A DNA stretch of 50,997 bases, the filler included, from Catajapyx aquilonaris (taxonomy: Eukaryota): the NCBI GenBank assembly GCA_000934665.2. It is 3 parts of 3 records of this genome, joined end to end, with 100 filler letters (N's around TTAATTAATTAA, not from the genome) between each part and the next. Parts side by side here need not be neighbours in the genome. Positions count along the whole stretch, not along the records: positions 34,191 to 50,997 come from KZ539640.1; 2 more parts are not named here. One strand, 5' to 3'. This document shows, piece by piece, positions 39,365 to 49,119 of this stretch. The notes below the pieces were generated by a model. That model searched no databases. It had not been told where the DNA came from and saw nothing but the letters and a program-made list of their open reading frames with translations. Numbering within the stretch: position 1 is the stretch's first letter; every line of letters starts with the position of its first letter. A program made the position numbers and the translations under genes.

Positions 39365-39446
39365 CGCAGTCGACAGGATTCGAACCTGTGCTCCCAGAGG
39401 GAATCTGATTTCTAGTCAGACGCCTTAACCGCTCGGCCACGACTGC
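39365..39446 (-). tRNA. tRNA-Ser: tRNA-Ser(AGA), second copy
   Basis: The reverse complement is identical to copy 1 except the T stem (ACAGG/CCTGT); a T run follows on the minus strand (A7 near 39352-39358 on +). Confidence 0.98.
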
Positions 39447-39992
39447 TTCACACTTCTTACCTCTCTTAGAAAGTGTCATGAACCCATAAATTTCCATGTG
39501 TCGTATTGCAATCACTTGTTTTAAATAATAATGAAGAGAAATTATCATACTCTCAATCATTTTCATTGATTTGTGATTTAGGATCATTTACAGTATTTTC
39601 ATTCACGGTGTTAATAGCACTATTTTAATTTACAGGCTTATATAAAATTTTAACCGCTAATCTATTTGAAGGGTAGTGAAGTAACTTCTAACCCACAATT
39701 TAAGTGCCATGTCAGGTGTAGATGCTGGGCATGACCCTGATGTAAAAATGTTGTTGAATATATAGTGTACCGTAATTATTTGTGCATAAGTAGGCCTACT
39801 TGGAAAGCGTCATTTGCAATGGAAGCTACGATTCATAACAGTCATCATGTCAGTTGCTGCCCTCTGGCGACTCTGGGTCACAGTGGTCCATTTACCAGTG
39901 TGTACCTCTTTGTGAACGACAGTAGTGCCCCCTTTTGCCCCTGTACAGCAATTAATGTCATCATAGATTTATCTGCTAATGGTTTTGATAAG

Positions 39993-40412
39993 GGTATCAC
40001 CCCATTTCGCCGTCTTTCAATTTACACCCCCCCNNNNNNCCCCCCCCCCCCCTCCCAAGTCGCCACCGATGAATCGTTCCAATTTCTGAGCGCCCCATAT
40101 CGCCTCCTGCGAAACTGGTAGGCCTACACGTAGACGCTTTAATACAAATGGGATTCTCCAAAAATAATGCAATGTTTAGTATGGCGTCGTGAAAGGAAAA
40201 AAGGGCTATATCCGCTGAAGATAAGCCTGTATCCGCTGACGATAGGGATGTATCCGCAAGGAAGGAAGGTTAGGTTAGGTTGGTACAGCGTACCCCTACT
40301 ACTGCCACATTCGGTCTTCCGATATGAAAGTGGCGAAATGGGGTGACGGCAAGATAACACTGCGGCTAAATGGGAAACGGCATTATGCAAGGCGGCGAAA
40401 TGGGGTGCATTC
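39993..40412. mobile_element. MITE with 9-bp TSD (Mutator/MULE-like)
   Basis: TIR core CACCCCATTTCGCCG / CGGCGAAATGGGGTG; TSD TTTGATAAG at 39984-39992 and 40413-40421; internal TTAGG-like units. Confidence 0.75.
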
Positions 40413-41266
40413 TTTGATAAGACAATGCTGTAGGCCGTACTGTGCGGGAGGAGTTGTCATGACAGTCGGCTTTTAATAATATAGATTATGCATGATTAGG
40501 CTACTTTAAGAATCTGGACTGTGAAGAGTAGATCTGGCGCCACAAATTTCACGTGTAAATCTCTAATAACATTAATATATTTTATGCCAGAGAGTACCAT
40601 ACCTCAGGCTAAATTTTCTGTCATTTTTAGTGATATCCTCACTGTGACTCATTGTCTGGCTGGCCTATTGACCTAACCTGTGAAATACTACCGCGAGCAA
40701 AAAACTGGAGAGGGTTGATTGCATGCTCGGTTTCTTATTGCACGAACGAAAGCAACTGAAGACACGAGGCTCTCCATGAGGTACAATAATAATCGGGTAA
40801 TGCATATAAAGGGCCATCGACAAAGAATGTCCCAATTTGAAAACCATATAACTCGAAATCTTGTGAACATATCTAAATGATTTAATTTTTGATATGCTAA
40901 GATATGTCTAAAGTTTTGGTTTCACCTCAGTTTGTTTTGATATGAGCTTCATTTGTCGCGACGCAGATTAAAAAAACCAAAATCGGTCTCGTGCCAAACC
41001 CGCTAAATCATATCTGGAGTTACCTTTGCAGTCCTATCCCGTAGGCAGTGATGGGCACTAAATACTTGAATGTAATTAAATACTAAATACTAACTACTGC
41101 ATAAAAATGTAATTAAATGCTAAATACTAAATACTGCTTAAATACTAAATACATCAAAAGTATTTAAATACTTTCGTAAAGACATTTCAAATACATTTTT
41201 TGTTAATGTGAATTTCTTGCCATCATTATTAGGATAAAAAATGAAAACATAACATATTTCTATTAT

Positions 41267-42538
41267 TACGAGGCGCATCCAGAAAGTAAGGTCCATTTTT
41301 TAATTAGAAAAACCACAATGCACCCCAGAATTTTTATTTACACATCTGAAATAGACAACTGTATACTTTTTTCAAAATAGTTTCCAGCCAAATCGAGGCA
41401 TTTTTCATTGAGTTACGCACGATTTTGTATGCCTATATGTCATAGAAGTCTGCCTCAAGCTATTTCCGCGACCCCTGAACGCTGGATTGCAATTCTTCTT
41501 CATTGTCAACATTATGCTTTGCAAGCCATTTCTTCCTGTCGATGGACAGGTAGTAATCTCTAGGCTCCAAATCACAAGTGATCAAACAATTCTCACTTGA
41601 ATTGTTGCAGCAGGGTTCCAGCACGTAAAGACAGTAGGCAGACGCTGGCAGACGGGCATTGTCCGAGGGTCTGTCAGCAATATACCGATACGTTCCTTAT
41701 TAATGGCCATCCTTATCTTCTGTAATGTCTCACAATAACCCTTTGGATTGATCAAACATAGCGTTGAGTTTCGTGGTGTTTTCTTGAGCGACAGTGCCTG
41801 TCTGCCTAGTGCCTTGCGTACTGGAACCGTGCCCCAACAATATATTCAAATGTGAATTGTTAGATCACCCGGGCAAGGTTGCACCCGGGATTTAGAGCCT
41901 AGCAATAATGACCACCTGTAAATGGACAGGAAGAAATTTCTTGCAAAGCAGAATGTTGACGATGACGAGGAATTGCATTCCAGCGTTCAGGGGTCGCGAA
42001 AATTACTTCTATGACATACACATACAAAATATTGGGGAGGTGCGGTGGCAGAGATGGCTTGCTATGTGAAAGGTCCCAGGTTCGACCCCCGCCTGGGAGT
42101 TCCCTTTCACCTGCGTCGGGAGGGCCTCTGACCCGTACCTTGGAGGTGTCTGGCAACCTAACCTCCTGGGGGACATGCACATGGCTCAAAGTTGAGACAT
42201 TGCACCTGCACCTACGTTCCCTCCCCAAAAATCCCTACCCTTACCCAATCTCCTTGATTTCCCTGCACCGGAGTTGAATAAAAATGAAAAATAATTAAGA
42301 AGATATGGTGGTATCCCACCTCCCCTAAAAGAGCCACAGGCTTTATCACAGGGTAGAAGAAGAAGACATACAAAATATTGTGTAACTCAATGAAAAATGC
42401 CTCGATTTGGCTGGAAACTATTTTGCAAAAATGTAGACAGTTGTCGATTTCAGATGTGTAAAAATAAAAATTCTGGGGGTGCATTGGAATTTGTCTAATT
42501 TTAAAAAAACGGAACTTACTTTCTGGATGCACCTCGTA
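41267..42538. mobile_element. mariner foldback MITE built from two transposase 3' ends
   Basis: TACGAGGCGCATCCAGAAAGTAAG..CTTACTTTCTGGATGCACCTCGTA; ~400-bp inverted arms; remnants DLEPS..DHL (~YSPDLAPSDYHLF) and EKCLDLAGNYF (~KCLxxxGxYxEK). Confidence 0.88.
42035..42365 (+). mobile_element. tRNA-derived SINE with (GAA)n tail (SINE-D)
   Basis: B box GGTTCGACCCC, (GAA)n tail, 15-bp TSD ACATACAAAATATTG at 42020-42034 and 42366-42380. Confidence 0.88.
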
Positions 42539-43836
42539 TCATGCTGCAAGCTGCCTAGGAGAAAAAGCTGCCAATTAGCTGCTTTTATTTCATTATAGGT
42601 ATCAGAATTAAGAATTATGCAAATATATATTAAAAGGGAGTTAGGGAAAGTATTTACGATGTGTATTTAAATACTTCTGTATTTAAATACTCAGAAATGT
42701 ATTGAAATGCAGTATTTAAATACAGGAAAATCAATGTAGTTATAAATACATCTCTAAATACCAAGAAGTATTTTAATACGTATTTAAATACATTTGTATT
42801 TAAATACTGCCCATCTCTGCCCGTAGGTACTGGATATATTGGTTCTTAACGCTAGACCCCTTGTTCTTGATGATGAACATAAAAAGTCGCTTCATCCATT
42901 AAACAAACCTGCCTTATAGAAAAATTTCATTTGTACACCCTAACAGTATACGAAGTCTTGAATGAGACGTTTCTCTATGGCTCCCCCCCCCCNNNNNNNN
43001 NNCCCCCCCCCCCCCTTCCCCCGAATAAAGCGCAGATCTTACCCCGATTGACTTTTTTGTGCAATTGGTGATTTGGTGCAGACATCATGGATATCCAGCA
43101 CCTACGGGATGAGATTGCAAGGGTAACGCCAGATACGAGTATGTCTCATCGGGTTAGGCACGACATTGATTACCGTATTTACATTTTTCGAGCGAAAAAT
43201 GGAGCTCCTATAGAAACGAACTATGGTAAGACCAAAACTTTAGACACTTCTTAGCATTTCAAACTTAAATCACTTAAATGTGTCTACAAGTTTACGAGTT
43301 ATAGCGTTTAAAAATTGGGACATTCTTTTTCGATGACCCTGTATTATGTCATCACTTTTTAAGACAATATTCCCTCCCCCTCCTTGGTTTTATTACGTCA
43401 TAGCCTCTACAAAATAATATCACATATAAAACTCCGAGCATAATTCCAGGTGAGAATATGCCAAGTAGTCTAAATTACTGGACCCAACAAAGGCTGGCTC
43501 GCAACCTGGCTGTTAAGTGTCATTATGTAAGATGATTTGTGAAAGCAGACAATGCTTTTTGTGTTGCCATGTGCACAAACAAAGTGGTGTTCAACACGAA
43601 TTCCCTGTTGTTTTCATGGCCCATGTTGCAAAATTGCAGCAGAAACTCTGCCTACGTCATATACCTCGAGCACTGTAATTTTCAGAGCACATAATTATGT
43701 AATAATAAGGGAAATATTATTTTGTTATCCTGACACGTATTGATTATTGATAATAAATATGCATTATGCACAGGGTGCCTGAATTAAGATGGTTCATGAT
43801 GATTCTCAAGTGACAAATGTTGAATAATAATTGCAG

Positions 43837-44271
43837 GGTGAAGTTATCACAGACGAAAATTCTGTGCTGCCTGAAGGAGAATTACAAATTGTTCAGCCAG
43901 GATATCAGGCACCGTCAGTAAGAAAGGGATCTAGACCGAAGACCAACACATGGGTCTTCCATAAGTTCATCCTCCCCACTTTTTCAACAGAGGTAATGCC
44001 CCTGCTTGATGGAAGGGATATGAGCAACTCAGAGCAGAAGCAAAAGAGTGCTCAACTTCGTAATCGGATACTTGAAGCAAACTCATGTTCTGAAAATGGC
44101 ATAAGCTTTTAATGCTGGTCTTTTGTCAATTGTGTTAACCTCAAACTTTCTTTCGCCGATGGAAATTTGATATCAACGGATACTAACAATAGCTATAATA
44201 ATGCAGTGAATAGGTGGCAGTACCATGACTTGATGGAAACTTTCAATGAAAAGTACCCTGACATGCTGTGA
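43837..44271 (+). pseudogene. Possible decayed coding fragment (SAMD3-like/transposon accessory protein-like)
   Basis: After a TTGCAG acceptor: ..WVFHKFILPTFSTEVMPLLDG..QLRNRILEA, then NRWQYHDLMETFNEKYPDML*. Resemblance judged from memory only. Confidence 0.3.
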
Positions 44272-44374
44272 TGGGATAAAGTAGAGGAGTCGAGAAAAAA
44301 GCATGAGCTTCTGTGGGGACATGTCCCCACAATTTCGTTATGTAGGGTTTTACAAAAGTCAATTTTTCTCAGCC

Positions 44375-44425
44375 TAGGATAGGTAGGTAGGGTAGGTTAG
44401 GTTATGGTAGGTTAGGGTAGGTCAA
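44375..44425. repeat. Short degenerate TAGG/TTAGG repeat
   Basis: TAGGATAGGTAGGTAGGGTAGGTTAGGTTATGGTAGGTTAGGGTAGG. Confidence 0.7.
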
Positions 44426-45645
44426 GAGTTCTGAGTGAAATCAGCAAAGGTATGAGTGGCAAACCAGGTGACAGGTGTAACATTAAAATGTAATATATCT
44501 AAAGCTTTCATTAGCATGTGATAATAATATACTTCATGACAACATTAAGAATGGTGGATAGCCTGTATGCCTGTTGCAGTGTAGCTAGAATATGGGAATA
44601 TGATTATTTGATAAATATATGGATATGGTATATTACGAATAGCAATGTCAGCAAGATGGTCGTTTATTGATACAGGAGTACAATATGTCAGTCGTATGTG
44701 GTGTCATGGTATTATAACTTACCCTAACTAGGATTATCTTTGAGTCTAGCCATACTAGGCTCAAAGGAAACTGATCTTATTTAGGCGCAAAAATTACATT
44801 ATTATTTAGTTGTTGGTGTTGTTCAGCCAGAGGTGAAGAATTAATAGTTATAACACATTTTTCCTACCCCTTGCCTAAGTATTTTTACACTGGGAGAAGA
44901 GTTTGCTTCTACCACAAGTTATTCAGTATATTTTCCTCTACAGGATTTCTCTTGTTACTACCACAGCCCACAGGGCTAAATGGCATTTAACTATAGTACT
45001 GGTACCGTACTTAACATTTATTCAGCATTACGTGTAATAGCTACCATTTGCTTGCGAAAGTAATTAATGACTCGAAATCTCGTAATATACCTCGTAATCT
45101 GTGTATGATCTCTGTCAAAAAACATTTCGGCCAGTGGTGGTATTGTTAATTCTGGCATTCACAATAATTTAGTGCCAGAATACCACCACTCTTCTCTCTT
45201 CACCTTCAATTCAAAAGAAGTTCTGATGGCTGTGTAGAGTGTAGACTCCAGCCATCAGCACTTATGAAGGTGAAGAGTTTAACTTTCCCCTTAATCAAGT
45301 GCTGACTGTTGTAGAACACCAGCAGTATACCTCGGGCCAACCCTTTTTTGACATACCGTATTCTACAGAATGATAAAATGAAAATATGTTATGGTCAGGA
45401 ATCCTGCATGTAGCTCCTGCTCACATGAAGTCTGTCATTCATGTACAGTACAGTAGGCCTACAAGTAACTTATTGTTATCTCTAAAAGCTATTGTACTGG
45501 GAAGTGTTAATTGCTAAAGAAAAAATAATAATTTAACTCTCACTGTAGTCTTGTCAGTTGCAAATTGCAATATACTGTATTTCCATACAAAAATTATAAA
45601 AAATACAATGGACTGAGGAAACAAATGTAAAAACTTGGGCGTTTT

Positions 45646-46193
45646 TCAAGCCAAGGGCTCATTTTGTCCCTGCTGCGGTTTAACCTGACCTTTCAGGTGT
45701 AGATAGACCATATTCTTAATCCACCCATGGTTGAACTTCACATAGGCCATCACACGGCAATGGAACCTACACAAAAAATGTCAATTAAATCATACTCCGA
45801 GGTTACTCTCAAATATACTTACACGAGGCAAGAGAGCTCACCCATTGCATCAATAAAGTCATAGAGCTCGGCAATGTCGTAGGAGATCATCGGCTGATTT
45901 GGGTACAGCTGCTTTAAGTTGGTCTCATACATCTGGCAAACTCCTGCAAATGCAAGCACTTAAATATTGCTCTAGAGTGATTACCAAATGTGTACTACTT
46001 ACCTTCCATGCATTCATACACACTCCCATATTCAATGTAAGTCTTTGCGTTTGTAGTGTTGTCCTGCATGAGCAGAATTGAATGGCCCTGTAATGAGCAT
46101 TTTATGTAATTTTGGCTCTATGTAACATTATGCAATTGCGCTCACGGTGAAGGAACAATATATTACTGATAATTTCTGATAATAACTCACCAT
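45646..46193 (-). CDS. ERH: Enhancer of rudimentary homolog (ERH), divergent copy, 109 aa, 4 exons
   Basis: Exons 46193-46191 (ATG only), 46087-46003, 45943-45823 and 45766-45646; GT-AG introns of 103, 59 and 56 nt; 330 nt, intact. Protein: MGHSILLMQDNTTNAKTYIEYGSVYECMEGVCQMYETNLKQLYPNQPMISYDIAELYDFIDAMGELSCLVFHCRVMAYVKFNHGWIKNMVYLHLKGQVKPQQGQNEPLA. It carries the ERH signatures HxILLxQ, ECMEGVC, YDIxxLxDFID, LSCLV and WIK. Confidence 0.95.
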
Positions 46194-46247
46194 AGTCAAT
46201 ATTCGAGTGGCACTGCTCACCCTTCCAGCTGCTTCTGTCCTGCAAGT

Positions 46248-46392
46248 TTCGAACAGAATATAACAATAAAATTGAACCAAAATTGAACGGTAGAATACAA
46301 AATCGGAACGGAATGTGCCACGGAATGGAACAGAATAGAACCAAGATCGAACAGAATAGATCAAATCGAACCAAATAGAAGAGAATAGAACC
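46248..46392. repeat. Degenerate pentanucleotide (GAATA/GAACA-like) repeat just upstream of ERH
   Basis: ..GGAATGGAACAGAATAGAACCAAGATCGAACAGAATAGATC.. Confidence 0.7.
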
Positions 46393-46883
46393 TTTCTCTT
46401 GGGCTCAGTGCTTGGATCAGGCTTGGACTGCTGAGATTCGAATGACCATAGACTTAGCTTATCACTGTCGCTACGGTCGCTATACGGTCGCTATCTCTCA
46501 TCAGTATAAGTGCTGCCATCTAAATTCGGATAGTGAGCCCGACAATGAAGGCGCGAGTACTTGAATTCGTCTGGAACAAATAAAATGGACAATACCGCCA
46601 CAATAATGGACAATACACAGTAAAATGGACGATTTATTGCAACACATGGCAGAAACTGCAACATACAGGGTGTTTCAGAGTCACGGGTCAAGCGCGCGCG
46701 AGGGGGTGGGGAAAAATCGTAACCCAGGTAGGTTTTATAAAACAATTATAAATACCGGAGTAATCAATTATTTTATTACGGCGTGACGTCACATCCTTTC
46801 TGTTCGAATTGACTGGCGCGGACTGGCTTGTGCAGTGGGTTGAACCTGGTTGAACGGCTTTTTAGCCTTGCGGGTCGTTGCAC

Positions 46884-47140
46884 TGAAAAAGGCGCTCTCA
46901 TGCTATACCGGGAGGGTACAGTGCTGGCCATATATCGAGGCAACCGCCAGCGACATTTTTCCGAAGCGGCAGAAGAAGGAATCTTGCTCACCCGGCTTGT
47001 AGTATGCTTATCTTCGATTCCTTCTTCTGCCGCTTCGGAAAAATGTCACTGGCGGTTGCCTCGATATATGGCCAGCACAGTACAGTACTGTACAAAGTTT
47101 GTACAGTACCCTCCAGGTATAGCATGAGAGCTCCTTTTCA
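46884..47140. repeat. ~100-bp-arm inverted repeat (hairpin), probably the core of a Tc1/mariner MITE starting near 46664
   Basis: TGAAAAAGGCGCTCTCATGCTATACC..GAAGAAGGAATC / GATTCCTTCTTC..GGTATAGCATGAGAGCTCCTTTTCA; TACAGGGTG terminus at ~46664. Confidence 0.85.
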
Positions 47141-47939
47141 TGTAATGTAATTTTATTGATAATTGAGATGACTACATATTTTACGGTACGCGTCTCGCAA
47201 CTAACATGTTTTTTATATTTGGCAATATATTATCAAAAAAGGGTTCTCCAGATTTTGCGGAAATCTCAAGTAAGCATTACCCTGATCATTTTATAGCCAT
47301 CGTGCCGCGGTCTCCCCTACTGTACTGTAGGCCGTATTTGAAAACAATAAACAACAGTTTTTCATTACCTCCTCTGAGGAGGCCAATCACGCCTTGGTTA
47401 GCAGAATCGACACATATATATACCTCCCATGTTCGGCAGGTTCCGCTATATCGGTCAAAAAATATATTTCATGTCCTATGCATAATATATGCCTGTTCCC
47501 AGAAACATTTTCCGCAATGGATGGGTTTCCCCTAACCAGCAGGGTCCGCAATGGGCTGGGTTCACTGTATAATTGTGCTAATAGGATGTGTACGTCAGGT
47601 TTATCATTATTTTGTGTCTGGGAAGTCCTGGGAAGTCCATACTTCCAAATCCAACAAAATCCCATGCTATATTTTCCCCCTGGAATGACTATATAATTAT
47701 GATGCAATAAGAACCCATGTGAGGTGGCCATCGTATAGATGAAGGATGCTTTGAATTTACGGCGATAGGAAGTGTAAAAAAAGAGAGGTCGACAGCACAT
47801 TGATATGAAATTGTGATATGAATATTGTGGCATCTCCATGGGAACTTGAAAACTGAGATATTGTTAATATTGATATTGATTTGTTGAATTATTCCACATA
47901 CAGGGTGTCCCACAATAATTAGTCTGTGATGGAACCATA

Positions 47940-48118
47940 TACAGTAGAACTTCTATAAGTCGAATCTCCATGGGGCCTCGAAAAAACTTCGAGTTATAGA
48001 AGATTCGAGTTAGGGAAGTTTATTTCCTATTTATTCCTACATTTATTTCCTACATTGTGACCAACCAAGCTCATCATTTTCATCGACTTAGGGAAGTTCG
48101 ATTATAGAAGTTTTACTA
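47940..48118. mobile_element. pogo/Tigger-like MITE
   Basis: TA-CAGTAGAACTTCTATAAGTCGAA..TTCGATTATAGAAGTTTTACTA with repeated TTCGAGTTA units. Confidence 0.65.
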
Positions 48119-48902
48119 ATCATAAAATCTCTTTATATTCACACTGTATTTTCCTCTCTATATATACGTAAAAAACTGGGTTCATTTTCCTCCTTAAACT
48201 GCAGTCCTTTTTTCCTCTCTAAAATCTATAGCACCTCTGTAAAATAAATAAGAAAAAATGATGCATTTTTTCCTCTGTATTTAGAGAGGATATGTTTGAG
48301 ATAGTAAAAGAGTAGTCACAGGAGGTATTCCATTGTTCACAATCTTTCAGGCTGTTTTTCTAATTGCTAAAAGAGTCACCAAATGGCAACAACAATGGTT
48401 GCATAATGGAGGCAACAGCAGCAAAGTCGGGAAGAAGTACCGTACGTATTATATTACCAGGTCTCCGGTCATGGAATATTCAATGGAATCTGTTTCCATC
48501 TTATCTGATGTCGGTGAATTCGTATGCCCCGATCACATATACCGTAACGATTATTTTTGTAAATACACCTGCATCACTACCTCACATCTACCACCGTATG
48601 ATGCACAATTGTCAACTTTTCGAAATCTTATTCAGACCCTTTCTTCAACATGCGGAATGTCATCACTAGAGGGTTTGTTTCTAAAAATAGTCCCTTACAT
48701 TTGGGATAAAAATTTTTCCTTCAAATGGAAATCGGCTTGATTTTTTACAAGTAAGATTTTCTCCAGCTTGTAAGCACACCTTTTCGCAACGTCGTCTCTC
48801 TAGCGGCCTTATCATGTCGCTGTCCACCACACCACTTCCACTATCCCCTGACCCTACCCATCGTGATGCACTTTTTGTCACATCCGCAATTTTCGCACGT
48901 TA

Positions 48903-49119
48903 TACAGGGTGTCTCAACTTTTTTGTCCGAACAATTATCGGAAATATTGCACTAAGCTGCTTATTTTTTAGCAGTGACTTGCAACCAGTGATGCTTCCCC
49001 TGGCTTTATCAGTTGAGGGATGTGCCAGGAATGTTGGGTCATATTCTGGCTACAGAGATCTAGAAGATACATAGGCTTTTCCGATAACTGTTCGGACAAA
49101 AAAGTTGAGACACCCTGTA
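48903..49119. mobile_element. Tc1/mariner-type MITE, intact copy with TA TSDs
   Basis: TA-CAGGGTGTCTCAACTTTTTTGTCCGAACA..TGTTCGGACAAAAAAGTTGAGACACCCTG-TA; same family as 32433-32648. Confidence 0.92.

Larger units (their letters stand above)
41046..42819. mobile_element. hAT-type MITE with TATTTAAATAC subterminal repeats
   Basis: TIR CAGTGATGGGCA..TGCCCATCTCTG; 8-bp TSD CCCGTAGG at 41038-41045 and 42820-42827. Confidence 0.88.
40807..43343. mobile_element. Tc1/mariner-superfamily foldback element (outermost layer of nest)
   Basis: Termini TAAAGGGCCATCGACAAAGAATGTCC and GGACATTCTTTTTCGATGACCCTGTA. The right arm encodes remnants ADLTPIDFF (~SPDLTPxDFFLWG) and RVRHDIDYRIYIFRAKNGAPIE. The left arm is its inverted copy once the hAT insertion is removed. 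Confidence 0.8.

Noticed and set aside
41060..42810. TATTTAAATAC and GGAGTACC iterations as CRISPR-like arrays
   Set aside because: Irregular spacing, no unique spacers, eukaryotic context, and located inside TIR/TSD-bounded elements.
28855..43020. Small N runs inside poly-G/C tracts (28873, 40034-40039, 42993-43002)
   Set aside because: Sequencing dropouts at homopolymers.
44375..44425. TTAGG-like tract as a telomere remnant (also ~40268-40284)
   Set aside because: Too short and degenerate; the second tract lies inside a MITE.
47390..48700. Possible decayed ionotropic-receptor-like pseudogene on the minus strand; 135-aa and 150-aa ORFs
   Set aside because: Only vague fragments (e.g. SILHLYDGHLTWVLIAS) across several frames and stops; not supportable without a search.
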